Shown piece after piece: positions 18,855 through 29,049 of a stretch of 64,000 bases of DNA (position 1 is its first letter; each line of letters begins with the position of its first letter). Made by a program: the position numbers and the translations under genes. The notes under the pieces are model-generated. The model worked only from the letters and a program-made list of their open reading frames with translations, ran no database searches and had not been told where the DNA came from. Origin of the DNA: an uncultured delta proteobacterium (GTDB taxonomy: Bacteria > Desulfobacterota > Syntrophia > Syntrophales > UBA2192); the NCBI GenBank assembly GCA_963705165.1, contig CAVPJD010000011.1, forward strand, positions 148,931-212,930, given 5' to 3'.

Positions 18855-20765
18855 CTACTGGAGCTTTAGGTTCAGGACGAAGTGAAGGACTTCGCCCTCG
18901 GCCTTGTTCTGCTGCAGCGCCTCGATGACGCTTTTCTGGACCGTCGCTTCCTTGACCAGGGGCGACCCTTTCAATTTGAGCACGTAGCTCGAGAGATACC
19001 CGTCGAGCATGCTCCGCTCTCCCATGACGATCCCGTCGATCTCCAGGGTCTTCACTACGGCCTCGGCAGGCTTCGCCGCCGGGCTCCCCTTTTCAGCTGC
19101 CTTGGCTGTCGCTGCGGCCTTTTGTTCCGGCCGGCCGAGAGTGCTCTTCAGCTTCAGGAAGCGCACGTTCTCGGGTGTAAGGGCGGAGAGCTCGCTGATG
19201 AGGGCCATCCCGAAATACCTCTCGCCGTAATCCTTCTTCAGTCGCCGCTCCTCACGGTCCTTGGCCGCCATCTGCAGGATCAGCTTCGTGTCGACCATCA
19301 GGTTGAGCGACGAGAGCTGCTGGTTGAGATCGGAGACGGTTGCTTTTTTCGTCGAGGCGATGCGCTCCTGCCAGGCGAAGGCCGTAAGCCCCGTGATGAT
19401 GATGCCGGCCAGAGAGAACAGGATGACCCGGTTCACCCGGCTCACCATGGCCATCTTCTCCTTAGCCTTGTAGGTGAACAGCAGGTTGGGGGTCCTCGTG
19501 TTGTCCGAAAGGGCAAGGCCCACCGCGGCGGCCAGCGAGGCCTTCTCGGAGGCCGTGGCAGACGCCGTGAATCCCGAGATGAAGGGGATGGAGGGATCCA
19601 GCGGGTCCATGACCCCGCATTCGATGCCGAGCTGCTCCCCGATGTATTCGATGAGGGGCCGGTAGGCGTTTACGACTCCCGAGAGGTAGACCCGGAGCAC
19701 CTTCTCCCCTCCCAGATTGGCAAAGGTGCGCTCCACCTGGCGCACGAGGCGGTCCAGGGCGGGGCGGACCATCTCGAAGATGTCCTCTTCCGAAAGATCA
19801 TGCCCGGCGTCGTCGGGGCTCAGGGCCGGCGCGTCGGGGTCGAGGCTCATGATGAGTTTGTGGGCCTGCGTGGGTGTGATGGTGAAATCCACCGGCGCCG
19901 CACCGCTCCAGCGCATGTCCTTCGTCGAGGGGCGCTTTCGGTCGATGTAGTTCTCCACGAGGGATTCAACCATACTGTTCATGCCCGTCTTGATGTCCCG
20001 GGTCAGGATGAGGCTTCCCCTGGAGTAGATGTCGATGCGGGCCCCTTCGCGGCCGAGGTAGAGGCTCGCCAGGGTCTCGCCGTAGGTCGGCATCCACTTG
20101 GTCCGGAAGAGGTTCTGGATGGCAAAGGGGGCGATGGCGAGACCGCTCAGCTGATAGCCGGCGTCGGCAAAGAGCTCGACGACGGACTCCACCTCGCGGC
20201 GCGGAGCCGTGTAGACCATGACGGAGGTCTTCTTGACCCCCTGCTCCACCAGATCGGACTGGACCTCGAAATCGAGGATCGTGTCCATGTCCTCGAAGGA
20301 AAGCTCCCGCTTGGCCGTCCAGTAGACGGCGTTCTCGAGCTGCTTCCGAGGAACCTTGGGGATCTTGATGAAACGGACGTCCACATTGGACGAGGACATG
20401 AGGTTCCAGATCTGGATCCCCTTGGCCGTCCCGCAGAATTTTCCCATCTCGGATTTCAGGAAGTTGGTGAACTCGTGGCTCCCCCGGGCTATCGTGGCCG
20501 GAATGGGTACCAGGCGGAAGTCGACGAGGTTCCACTGATCGGCGGCCACTTCCTCCACTTTCGCCATTTGAAGGGCCTGGTGACCGATGTCCACGCCGAC
20601 CGTCAACGGCCGCTGGAAGGCGGGGGTGAGGGACGAAAAGGGCTTTGCCTTTTTCTTCGGCACGACAGGCTTGTAGGAGGGCTCTTCATCGGAAGCCGTC
20701 TTCGCCTTGCCCCGGATGACGTTGAGAAGCTTTTCCGTGGAAGAAATCTCTCGATTGGAGGCCAT
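18855..20765 (-). CDS. PilM-PilN fusion protein
   Basis: VGVDIG actin-like PilM start, VYLSG and AAAVGLAL (PilM end), then PNLL + TM + coiled coil + LSALTPENVRF (PilN) in one ORF; AAGAAGG RBS. Confidence 0.85.
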   Translation of the reverse strand: MASNREISSTEKLLNVIRGKAKTASDEEPSYKPVVPKKKAKPFSSLTPAFQRPLTVGVDIGHQALQMAKVEEVAADQWNLVDFRLVPIPATIARGSHEFTNFLKSEMGKFCGTAKGIQIWNLMSSSNVDVRFIKIPKVPRKQLENAVYWTAKRELSFEDMDTILDFEVQSDLVEQGVKKTSVMVYTAPRREVESVVELFADAGYQLSGLAIAPFAIQNLFRTKWMPTYGETLASLYLGREGARIDIYSRGSLILTRDIKTGMNSMVESLVENYIDRKRPSTKDMRWSGAAPVDFTITPTQAHKLIMSLDPDAPALSPDDAGHDLSEEDIFEMVRPALDRLVRQVERTFANLGGEKVLRVYLSGVVNAYRPLIEYIGEQLGIECGVMDPLDPSIPFISGFTASATASEKASLAAAVGLALSDNTRTPNLLFTYKAKEKMAMVSRVNRVILFSLAGIIITGLTAFAWQERIASTKKATVSDLNQQLSSLNLMVDTKLILQMAAKDREERRLKKDYGERYFGMALISELSALTPENVRFLKLKSTLGRPEQKAAATAKAAEKGSPAAKPAEAVVKTLEIDGIVMGERSMLDGYLSSYVLKLKGSPLVKEATVQKSVIEALQQNKAEGEVLHFVLNLKLQ

Positions 20766-21012
20766 GCTCACCTTCTTGTACAAAAAAGTCCCGGCTGTCC
20801 GGTATCGGGCATCCCGTCCGGCATTCTCCGGCATTCTGTTGTCACGGAAACAGAATCCCGTGAAACCCAGCCCGGGAGCGGGTTTCCAAAAATTTACCGA
20901 AAATCGCGAATAATAATATACAGTTACGCAAGAAAAGAAAACCCCTTGAAACCATTATCTATTTCAGCCGGTTTGTCAAGCTTTTTTAGGCAGCAGTAAC
21001 CAACGCAACGTT

Positions 21013-21028
21013 TGCACAATATGTGCCA
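21013..21028 (-). promoter_or_regulatory. Candidate sigma-54 promoter of the pilus assembly operon
   Basis: Minus strand TGGCACATATTGTGCA is close to consensus TGGCAC-N5-TTGC, about 250 bp upstream of pilMN. Confidence 0.65.
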
Positions 21029-21307
21029 CAAAACAAATACTTACCCCGCGGACGGGGCCCTCGCGATGCGCCGCCCCGATCCCCTGTCCGTCACGATGGC
21101 CGGCCTGACCCGACGGGTACGGTTGTCCGGGAAGCGAATGGGGCAGAGAATAGGGAAAGAGGCGTTGTTACAGGAACTTCCGGCGAATTAGCATGACAGG
21201 CATCCGGCACATCTGCTATGAAAAGGAGGACCCGGGGGGGAAGCAGCGGGTGAGCCGCCGGGGTCAGATGGCCGGGCAACGGATCCAAGAAACCGGGAGG
21301 GGTGGCA

Positions 21308-21703
21308 ATGAGACAATTTTCCGTCAAGACACAGGCGCGCAGCCAGATGATCGACATCACGGCCCAGGTCCGGTCGATCCTCAGGGAATGTAGGGTCGAA
21401 AGCGGCATCTGCTTTGTCTTCGTCCCCCACACGACGGCCGCCGTGACGATCAATGAAAACGCCGACCCCGACGTGCCCAGGGACATCCAGGCACAACTCG
21501 ACAAGACGATCCCCCAGCGCGGGGACTACCTGCACAGCGAGGGCAACTCGGCGGCCCACATCAAGGCATCACTTTTCGGAGCTTCGGAAACGGTGCTCGT
21601 GGAGGGGGGCAGCCTCGTCCTCGGGACCTGGCAGTCGATCTTCTTCTGCGAATTCGACGGGCCCAGGACCCGGCAGGTGTACGTTAAGATTATTCCAGGA
21701 TAA
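21308..21703 (+). CDS. yjbQ: YjbQ/UPF0047 protein (secondary thiamine-phosphate synthase family)
   Basis: PHTTAAVTINENADPDV, HSEGNSAAHIKASL, LGTWQSIFFCEFDGPR. Confidence 0.95.
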   Translation: MRQFSVKTQARSQMIDITAQVRSILRECRVESGICFVFVPHTTAAVTINENADPDVPRDIQAQLDKTIPQRGDYLHSEGNSAAHIKASLFGASETVLVEGGSLVLGTWQSIFFCEFDGPRTRQVYVKIIPG

Positions 21704-21780
21704 AGTCCACAGGCTGCAGGCAATAGATGACCGACAGGGCCCGGATGCCATCATCTGTTATTTGCGTTTATGGTCTGGGA

Positions 21781-21824
21781 CCTTGACCCTTGACCCTTGA
21801 CCCTTGACCCTTGACCCTTGACCC
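21781..21824. repeat. Perfect heptamer tandem repeat (CCTTGAC) x6
   Basis: ccttgac repeated six times; degenerate 8-mer repeats follow at about 21925-21995. Confidence 0.92.
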
Positions 21825-22018
21825 ACGCCCTCGTCCCTTCGGCAACAATGGTTGAGGATCTCATGCGAATCGAGATTTCACCGGAGCGCTGAAATTCCCA
21901 GCCACAAATTGCAAGGCTTACTTGATTCGAAATTCCGGAATCCCGACTTTGGATGCCTGATTTCCCGATACCCAATAGCCCAATTCCCCAATTACTGTTG
22001 AACGGCCGCACGGCGGCG

Positions 22019-22678
22019 CTAGAGCAGGCGAGCCCCCCGATAGAAAAAGTACAGACCAACAAGCTGGATGACATGGTAGATGTCGTTGTGGTTGAAGTGC
22101 CTCGCCAGCTTGAATCCGCTTCGCTGGACAGCGGCGGCACCGAAGCTGATGAGGATCCCGACGGCAATGAGCTTCGCGCCCGGTGAGCCCGTCGAGACGT
22201 AGCTCAACGCCATGGCCCCGAGGACGAAAGCCATGCAGATGGAGTAGAAGACGACGACGTTGCGGAAGCGATAGTCGCGCCAGATCCAGGCGGCATAGAT
22301 GATCGATAGGCCCAGCACGGTCCACCGGAGCAGGTCCGCATAGTCGGCGGGGAGGAGGTGGTAAAAGGTCGCGGCCAGCATGGCCGTCACGGAGGTTCCC
22401 ACGGCGATCCCCGTGATGCGCCACAGGAGCGGCACCCAGGATACGAGAGGGGTATGCCGTATGGAATGGATCGTCGCCCCCGCCAGCGCACCCAGGGCGA
22501 TCAGGAAGAATGACAACGCAAAGCAGAAGTGAACCGGGCCGGCCGAGACGCCATAAATCCTCGCGCCGAAGAAGATGGCCACTACCGCCAGAAGAACATC
22601 CGTAAGGACCGTCATCGGCTCTGGCCCGAAGAAGCCGTGCGCATGAATGTCGCCATGTTCCGGTTTATTCTGATTCAT
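22019..22678 (-). CDS. Polytopic membrane protein (DUF6962-like)
   Basis: EPMTVLTD N-terminus, about 7 TM helices, GATIH and HFNHNDIYH motifs; the start overlaps the upstream stop (ATGA). Confidence 0.75.
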   Translation of the reverse strand: MNQNKPEHGDIHAHGFFGPEPMTVLTDVLLAVVAIFFGARIYGVSAGPVHFCFALSFFLIALGALAGATIHSIRHTPLVSWVPLLWRITGIAVGTSVTAMLAATFYHLLPADYADLLRWTVLGLSIIYAAWIWRDYRFRNVVVFYSICMAFVLGAMALSYVSTGSPGAKLIAVGILISFGAAAVQRSGFKLARHFNHNDIYHVIQLVGLYFFYRGARLL

Positions 22679-23205
22679 GCGGTCTTCTCCACTTTCCGGA
22701 TTACGAATCGCTCCTCCTCGTCCTCGCCGAAGGTGCTGACGGGGTTGGGGATGGCGGCGTAGATCCGCCGGAGATTCCCGGTGCCGATCCGGAAGCTCTT
22801 TGTGGGTATGGCGGGGTTGAACATGAAGTGCTCTTCCCGCAGGATGTTCTCGTCCACATAGAAAGGAAGCGACGGGTCCCTGTGGCCGAAGGGCGAAACC
22901 GAGCCGGGGTCGCACCCGGTCATTTCCATCAGCTCCTCCCGGTTGGCAAAACGGATGTCCTTGGTGCCGAACTCCTTCTTGAATAGCCGCGCCTTGATCT
23001 CTTTTGCGGCCGTCGTGACGAGCAGGTAGTATTTCCCCTTGGCTTTGAGAAGGATGCACTTGCTGCTCGCGCCGCTCCAGCCCGCCTGCCCGCGGAAGGC
23101 AAGCGACTCCTCGCAGGAGCCGACGGACGCGTGCTCGATCTCATCGTATGGAATCCCCATTTGCTGGAGAATATCCTTTATGGTCTGATAGACATCCTGT
23201 GACAT
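22675..23205 (-). CDS. YbaK/PrdX-family aminoacyl-tRNA deacylase
   Basis: SSKCILLK, IRFA..EE, GCDPGSVSPFG and FNPA. Confidence 0.88.
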   Translation of the reverse strand: MSQDVYQTIKDILQQMGIPYDEIEHASVGSCEESLAFRGQAGWSGASSKCILLKAKGKYYLLVTTAAKEIKARLFKKEFGTKDIRFANREELMEMTGCDPGSVSPFGHRDPSLPFYVDENILREEHFMFNPAIPTKSFRIGTGNLRRIYAAIPNPVSTFGEDEEERFVIRKVEKTA

Positions 23206-23260
23206 GATTCGCTCCTGTTGAAAACCCGCGATCTAATACCTGAATCCAACGATAACAAAG

Positions 23261-23339
23261 TGTCATCGCGAGGAGCGCAGCGACGTGGCGATCTCGTTTC
23301 ATAGAGATTGCCGCGCACCCTTCGGGTGCTCGCAATGAC
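23261..23339. repeat. REP-like palindromic element (GTCATYGCGAG...CTCGCAATGAC family)
   Basis: tgtcatcgcgag...gcgatctc / gagattgc...ctcgcaatgac. Related halves occur at about 24351-24388, 41676-41714 and 43874-43892. Confidence 0.8.
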
Positions 23340-23458
23340 CCGTCGATGAAGTCGATTCCCTTTTTATCACTGGACCTGAGTAATAGCAGAATTCGCGCTT
23401 CCTGATAAGCCGAAATCTGTGATATTCTCGGGACCGCTCACCCGCCAAGGAGGGGAAT

Positions 23459-24244
23459 ATGAAGACCTTCAAGATCGCCACATACAACGTCAACTCGGTG
23501 CGCAGCCGTCTGCATATTGTGCTGCCCTGGCTCGAGAAGAACCGGCCTTCGGTTCTCTGCCTCCAGGAAACCAAGACCGAGGACGCAACGTTTCCTGTAA
23601 AGCAATTCGAGGATGCCGGGTGGCAGGTGGTCTTCCGCGGGGGAAAAAGCTACAACGGAGTGGCCATCGTCTCCTTGGAGAAGTCCGACAAGGTGGCCTT
23701 CGGCCTCGACGACGGAGGTCCCCCCGATGAAGACCGCCTGATCCGGGCAGTCTTTTCGGGGATTACCATCGTGAACACCTACGTCCCCCAGGGGTCAGAG
23801 CGGGAGAGCCCGAAGTTTTCCTACAAGCTCGAGTGGCTCAAGCGGCTCAGGAAGTTTTTCGCCAAACACTACAAGCCGGACCAGCCGCTTTTGTGGTGCG
23901 GCGACATCAACGTGGCCCGCGAGGAGATCGACGTGCACAACCCAAAGAGGCTCCTGGGTCACGTGGACTTCACGCCCGAGGTCTGGGAGGCTTTCGACGA
24001 GGTGACGGCCTGGGGATTCGTGGACGTGTTCCGCAAGCATCACCCCAATGAGCCCAACCAGTATTCCTTCTTCGATTACCGGGTGCCCAAGTCGCTGGAG
24101 AGGGGGCTGGGCTGGCGCGTGGATCACCTCCTGGCCACAGTACCGCTGGCGAAGAAGTCGGTTGGCGCCTATATCGATCTGGAGCCCCGCAAAGCCGAAA
24201 AGCCGTCGGACCATACGCCGATCGTGGCGGAATTTAAAATATAG
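23459..24244 (+). CDS. xth: Exodeoxyribonuclease III
   Basis: ATYNVNS, LQETK, YNGVA, CGDINVA, GWRVDH and PSDHTP. Confidence 0.97.
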   Translation: MKTFKIATYNVNSVRSRLHIVLPWLEKNRPSVLCLQETKTEDATFPVKQFEDAGWQVVFRGGKSYNGVAIVSLEKSDKVAFGLDDGGPPDEDRLIRAVFSGITIVNTYVPQGSERESPKFSYKLEWLKRLRKFFAKHYKPDQPLLWCGDINVAREEIDVHNPKRLLGHVDFTPEVWEAFDEVTAWGFVDVFRKHHPNEPNQYSFFDYRVPKSLERGLGWRVDHLLATVPLAKKSVGAYIDLEPRKAEKPSDHTPIVAEFKI

Positions 24245-24300
24245 TAGTCAGTGCGAACGGAGTGTAGCAATCTTCCTGTAACGCCCCATGACCGTAATCT

Positions 24301-24338
24301 CCCTCTCCCCATCGTGGGAGAGGGTCGGGGTGAGGGGG
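24301..24338. repeat. REP-like element (CCCTCTCCC-N-GGGAGAGGG-GGGGTGAGGG family)
   Basis: Further copies at about 32816-32896, 43740-43778 and 43815-43850. Confidence 0.85.
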
Positions 24339-24397
24339 AAATCTGAATCGTAGATTACCACGCCTCGCGAGGCTCGGCTCGTAATGACTCATTGTTT

Positions 24398-25141
24398 ATG
24401 ACCGATAAGACAGCAACAGCAAACAGAACCTCGATCCTGAAAGACGGTATCCGCGCGGCCTGGCCCATCTGCCTGGGATACGTTCCCATCGGCCTTGCCT
24501 TCGGCGTACTTGCGCAGAAGGCGGGACTTTCGCCTCTGGCGATCGGGCTCATGTCGATGCTTGTATTTGCGGGAAGCGCCCAGTTCATCGCCGTAGCCAT
24601 GCTGGGGGCGGGCTCGGGGATCGCGGCCATCGTTGCCACGGCCTTCACCGTCAACCTTCGCCACCTGCTCATGAGCTCCGCCCTTTCCGTCTACCTCAAG
24701 GGGATACACAAGCGCTGGCTGGCCCTTTTTGCCTACGGAATCACCGACGAGAGCTTCGCCCTGAACCTGGTGCGGTTCCGCGAGGGAAACTGGGACTGGA
24801 AGCGGGCGCTGACCGTCAACCACGTCACCAATGCCTTCTGGGTGGCAAGCACCGTCATCGGCGGGCTTGGCGGCGCCTTCATCCCGGCCCACGCCTTCGG
24901 AATCGACTATGCACTCATGGGCATGTTCCTGTGCCTTCTGGTCTACCAGCTTCGCGGGAGGCTTTATGTCCTGACGGGCCTTATCGCCGGGGCGGCCGCC
25001 GTTGTCTTGTCTCTCCTCATCCCGGGCAACAGCTACATCGTTGCCGCCTCGGTGATCGCGGCAACGGCGGGGTTGTACATACGGAGGCGATGGCCCTCAC
25101 TCGCGGCTTCTTCTGCCCCGGCGGGAGAGAATAAGAGGTGA
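24398..25141 (+). CDS. azlC: AzlC-family branched-chain amino acid exporter
   Basis: PICLGYVPIGLAFG, FAGSAQF, NLRHLLMS and ITDESFA. Confidence 0.93.
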   Translation: MTDKTATANRTSILKDGIRAAWPICLGYVPIGLAFGVLAQKAGLSPLAIGLMSMLVFAGSAQFIAVAMLGAGSGIAAIVATAFTVNLRHLLMSSALSVYLKGIHKRWLALFAYGITDESFALNLVRFREGNWDWKRALTVNHVTNAFWVASTVIGGLGGAFIPAHAFGIDYALMGMFLCLLVYQLRGRLYVLTGLIAGAAAVVLSLLIPGNSYIVAASVIAATAGLYIRRRWPSLAASSAPAGENKR

Positions 25142-25176
25142 GGGAAACAGGCGATACAAGCAAACCTGTAATGAAT

Positions 25177-25238
25177 GTCATTCCTGACTTGACCAGGAAT
25201 CCAAATATGGACTGGATCCCCGCCTCCGCGGGGATGAC
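25177..25238. repeat. REP-like element (GTCATTCC...GGAATCC / GGAT..CCG..GGATGAC family)
   Basis: gtcattcctgacttgaccaggaatcc...ggatccccgcctccgcggggatgac; relatives at about 36941-36968 and 43325-43387. Confidence 0.8.
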
Positions 25239-25268
25239 AATAGAACCCGAAAAGGGACATTTCAAAGG

Positions 25269-25595
25269 ATGATCACAACCGACTACATTCTCCTTTGTCT
25301 CGGGATGGGCCTCGTGACTTACGTTCCCCGCTGGGCGCCGCTCTTTGCGCTTTCACAGCGAACGCTCCCCCGCTGGCTCGAGGAGTGGCTCGACCTCATC
25401 CCCGCGGCGATCCTGAGCGCCCTGATCCTTCCCTCTCTGGTAACGGCGGGGGAGCCGCGGCAATTATCTCTCTGGAACAACGATCTGCTCGTAGCGGTAC
25501 CCGTCTTTCTTTTCGCCTTGCGTACGCGGTCCCTGGGAGGAACCGTGATTTTGGGGATGGCCCTCTACTGGCTCGCGGGGAAATTTCTCGGATGA
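25269..25595 (+). CDS. azlD: AzlD-family protein
   Basis: GMGLVTYVPRWAP, IPAAILSALI and TRSLGGTV; follows azlC. Confidence 0.9.
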   Translation: MITTDYILLCLGMGLVTYVPRWAPLFALSQRTLPRWLEEWLDLIPAAILSALILPSLVTAGEPRQLSLWNNDLLVAVPVFLFALRTRSLGGTVILGMALYWLAGKFLG

Positions 25596-26509
25596 TCTAC
25601 CTCAAGCTTTTCCTCACGGCCGTCTTCTGGGGCGGGACCTTCATTGCGGGGCGCATCCTTGCCCAGGAGGTGCAACCCTGGTCGGGATCCTTCCTGCGGT
25701 TTCTCGTGGCCTCGGTGTGCATGATCCCCCTGGTCTGGCACTTCGAGGGAAGATTGCAACCTCTGAGAAAAAAGCAGCTTCTCCTCGTCTTCCTCTCGGG
25801 GATGACGGGCGTCTTTCTCTACAACGTCTTCTTCCTGACGGGAATGCAAACCGTCCCTGCCGGCCGCGCATCGGTCATCGTTGCTTCGAACCCCGTCTTC
25901 ATCTCCCTCTTTGCGGCACTTCTGTTCCGGGGGGAGCGAATGACCCTGCTGAAAATAATCGGCATCGTACTCTCCGTCAGCGGCGCCGTCTACGTGATCT
26001 CGCGAGGAAATCCCGCCGACATCATGCAGGGCGGGCTCGGCCGTGGAGAGATGCTCATCTTCGGCTGTGTGCTGAGCTGGGTGTCCTACTCGTTGATCGG
26101 CAAGGTCGTCATGAAGGACGTGCTGCCCGTCTCGGCGGTGACCTATGCCTGCCTCCTCGGCGCCGCGGCCCTGCTGCCGCCGGCCCTGTTCGAGGGCATG
26201 ACAGGCAGCCTCGGAAACTACTCGATGCCCGCCTGGCTCTCGATTGTATACCTGGGCTTTTTCGGCACCTGCCTCGGGTTTGTCTGGTACTATGAGGGGA
26301 TCAGGCAGATCGGCCCATCGAAGTCGGCCGTGTTCATCAACTTCGTGCCCATCAGCGCCGTCATCATGTCTTTCTTCATGCTCGGGGAGACCATCGATGC
26401 GTCGCTGCTCATCGGGGCGGCACTGGTGCTCTCGGGCATATACCTGACGAACCGACCCTCAAAAAACCCGCGCCCTCAATCTTCCTCTCCCATGAAAGAA
26501 GAGGATTGA
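25592..26509 (+). CDS. DMT/EamA-family transporter
   Basis: FWGGTF, 10 TM helices in two repeats, IGPSKSAVFINFVP and GE. Confidence 0.93.
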   Translation: MIYLKLFLTAVFWGGTFIAGRILAQEVQPWSGSFLRFLVASVCMIPLVWHFEGRLQPLRKKQLLLVFLSGMTGVFLYNVFFLTGMQTVPAGRASVIVASNPVFISLFAALLFRGERMTLLKIIGIVLSVSGAVYVISRGNPADIMQGGLGRGEMLIFGCVLSWVSYSLIGKVVMKDVLPVSAVTYACLLGAAALLPPALFEGMTGSLGNYSMPAWLSIVYLGFFGTCLGFVWYYEGIRQIGPSKSAVFINFVPISAVIMSFFMLGETIDASLLIGAALVLSGIYLTNRPSKNPRPQSSSPMKEED

Positions 26510-26533
26510 GGCAAGGGGATCCCTCTCTTCAAT

Positions 26534-27829
26534 ATGATGACAGGAAGCACATTAACCATGCTGGATGTCGGCCGCATGAGTACGCTCTGGAAGGTGAAGA
26601 TTTTGAAGCGCTTTGGCAACCGGGTCGTTGAGTCAGCCGGGAAAGTCGCACATCCCGGCTTCAGAAAAATTGTTCTTGGGATACTGATCCTGGTGTTGGC
26701 GGCCTCCATCAGTGCCTGTAATATGCACCCGATTTCGAGGTCGCTTACACGGTACGGCTATATGGACACGACAGGACGGGTCGTGATCCCGATGCAATTT
26801 AAGGACGCCCAACACTTTTCTGAGGGACTTGCGGCGGTGGAGGCCGATGGCAGGTGGGGCTATATCGATCGCAATGGACAGATGGTGATCCCGCCGCAAT
26901 TCCACAAAGCCAAAGCCTTCAATAATGGCAGGGCACGGGTTGAAGTCACGCCCGATAGCTGGCGGTATATTGACCGCACAGGGAAGGTTGCCATCGACAT
27001 TGATTTCAAATGGAGCATCTATGCCCGTGACTTTTCCGAGGGTCTTGCTGCGATTTACATCGAGGACCCTAAACGTTTCGAGTGTCTTTCCAGCGTGCAT
27101 CAAGATGTGAGGGAAAAATACAACAACAGTAATCCCTATGTCTCACCCCAGTTCTGCGGACGGTGGGGTTTCATTAACTCGGCCGGTGCTTTCTCTGTCG
27201 AGCCGCAGTTCATCGAGGCCTTCAGCTTTTCGGATGGTCTCGCCGCGGTCAGGGTTCGGAACCCGAACCTTAAGGATCAAAGCCGCTGGTTGTACGGCTT
27301 CATCAACCATAGCGGCACTGTCGTGATAGCGCCTCAATTCGAAGCGGCATTCAATTTTTCCGACGGCATTGCGCGGGTAGTCATCGAAGGCCGTAAATGG
27401 TTTATCGATAAGACCGGGAAGCGAGTGACGGAGTCGTCATTCGACGACGCCAAGGACTTCCATGAGGGGCTTGCCCCGGTCAAGATCGGGGACCGATGGG
27501 GCTATATCGACAAGACCGGGAAGATCGCGATCCCGGCTGAGCTCACGATGGCCGGCAGATTTTCAGAGGGACTGGCCGCCGCGAGACGTTCGGGCAAACT
27601 CGGAGGGTACATCGACCGCACCGGCACCATGGTCATCAGCGAACAGTTCGGCGTGGCATGGCCCTTTTCCGACGGGCTTGCACGAGTGAAGATCGGGGAC
27701 GGTAGTGGACTCTTCGACAATTGGGGGTATATCAACAAGTCCGGCAAGGTCGTCATATCCCGCACCCTCAAGGCGGGATGGCCTTTCAGCGAAGGGCTTG
27801 CACTGGTTGGAAACGGCGGACCGATCTAG
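26534..27829 (+). CDS. WG-repeat (KWG Leptospira-type) putative lipoprotein; start uncertain
   Basis: Repeated FSEGLAAV....WGYIDKTG..VI units; lipobox-like ASISAC. Confidence 0.9.
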   Translation: MMTGSTLTMLDVGRMSTLWKVKILKRFGNRVVESAGKVAHPGFRKIVLGILILVLAASISACNMHPISRSLTRYGYMDTTGRVVIPMQFKDAQHFSEGLAAVEADGRWGYIDRNGQMVIPPQFHKAKAFNNGRARVEVTPDSWRYIDRTGKVAIDIDFKWSIYARDFSEGLAAIYIEDPKRFECLSSVHQDVREKYNNSNPYVSPQFCGRWGFINSAGAFSVEPQFIEAFSFSDGLAAVRVRNPNLKDQSRWLYGFINHSGTVVIAPQFEAAFNFSDGIARVVIEGRKWFIDKTGKRVTESSFDDAKDFHEGLAPVKIGDRWGYIDKTGKIAIPAELTMAGRFSEGLAAARRSGKLGGYIDRTGTMVISEQFGVAWPFSDGLARVKIGDGSGLFDNWGYINKSGKVVISRTLKAGWPFSEGLALVGNGGPI

Positions 27830-27854
27830 CGAAGCCCAACCTTTAAATAGTAAT

Positions 27855-27923
27855 AACCCCGCATCTCAAAAGAGAGCGGGGTTTCGTATTTTTTGACGAA
27901 TTGTATTTTCCGGGTCCGATCAG
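27855..27923 (+). repeat. Dispersed hairpin element, copy 1 of 3
   Basis: AACCCCGCATCTC-AAAA-GAGAGCGGGGTTT...CCGGGTCCGATCAG; matches the copies at 38106 and 38866. Confidence 0.8.
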
Positions 27924-28453
27924 CGCACGGTGTCTTTGCGAGCCAAGCCTCTGACTAGCGAAGAAGTGGCTAGTGTTCAGCGGCTTGTGGCTAGTGAAGA
28001 AGAAATTCCATGTCCGGCACAAACCACAAATCACAAGTCACTTCGGCCGCGCAGTGGCAGCGGCGTGTCGATCCTCCTTTCACTCGCTCTGATGCGGCAC
28101 GGGTTTATTCCGTTCGGTTAATGATGGCCCTGCCCGGGAATTCGCTTGACTTCATCCTGAGCAATGCTATGCTTTTTGTGCAAATTTACATCTGAGAATT
28201 CTCCTTCCCCTGTAAGGTTCTCTTCGCCAACTCTCTTCTGCTATGTGCGCAGTAGTGAAGATTGTCACCTCACCCCTAACCTCCTGAACTGCCTCTTGGA
28301 TACCGTATGTTCGGGTGTCAACTCAAGATGCCCATGTGAATGGCTCCTCTGGGATCCAGGATCCCATTGAGGCCATTTCTGTCTGCTTTTCCTGAGAGTC
28401 CTTTCTTTGCATCCATCGACTATCGAACGCAAAATGAAACGGAGGAAACGACG

Positions 28454-28954
28454 ATGACGCCGAAGAAGGGGATTTCGCTTCTTGCGGGATTGATCCTGGT
28501 GCTGTTCGTATCTGCCACGGCTCTTGCTGCCGATGAGTTGTATGGAACATGGCGGCTGGTCAGTTGGAAGAGAACGGTTGTGTCAACGGGTGAAACATCG
28601 GACATGTTCGGGAAAACGCCGAAGGGCTATCTGACTTATGGCAGGGATGGCCGTGTGCTTTGCATAATGGTTCATGACAAACGGCCCAATGTTCCTGATG
28701 TGACAAAGATGACCGATCAGGAGCGAAGCGAACTCTACAAGACATTGATTGCCTGGGGTGGGACTTTCATTTACGATGGGAAAACCGTTAAATCAAAAAT
28801 AGACATTTCCTGGAATGAAAGCTGGAATGGGACCGAACAGGTGCGGACCGTCAACTTCGAGGGGAACAGGATGATCCAGAGCGCGGAACCGGCCGTCGGA
28901 GCGCTGGATGGAAAGCTCAGGACATCTGTCTTCGTTTGGGAGAGGGTTAAATAA
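28454..28954 (+). CDS. Secreted lipocalin-like domain protein (Lipocalin_5 type)
   Basis: Signal peptide ending ATALA; LYGTWRLVSW, PKGYLTY..DG and C-terminal VWERVK. Confidence 0.82.
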   Translation: MTPKKGISLLAGLILVLFVSATALAADELYGTWRLVSWKRTVVSTGETSDMFGKTPKGYLTYGRDGRVLCIMVHDKRPNVPDVTKMTDQERSELYKTLIAWGGTFIYDGKTVKSKIDISWNESWNGTEQVRTVNFEGNRMIQSAEPAVGALDGKLRTSVFVWERVK

Positions 28955-29049
28955 CGACCCGCCTTAAAATTCCCTTGCACCGGAAGAGAGGATATTGTTC
29001 CGCAGATAGTGCAACTCAACCGCCCAAACTCACGACGGGAGGTGACAAG

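Noticed and set aside
20780..20890. Possible c-di-GMP/cGAMP (GEMM) riboswitch upstream of pilMN
   Set aside because: Only GGACAGCCGGG resembles the 3' part. The AAACC..GNRA..GGGACG.AAAGC core is missing.
18882..20999. Long antisense ORFs (also 11955-13058, 13590-14921, 32915-34453, 41092-42237, 49779-50936, 53389-54936)
   Set aside because: They are shadow frames of well-supported genes in high-GC DNA and have no domain motifs.
21781..21995. CRISPR-like array
   Set aside because: These are contiguous 7-8 bp microrepeats with no unique spacers, and there are no cas genes in the window.
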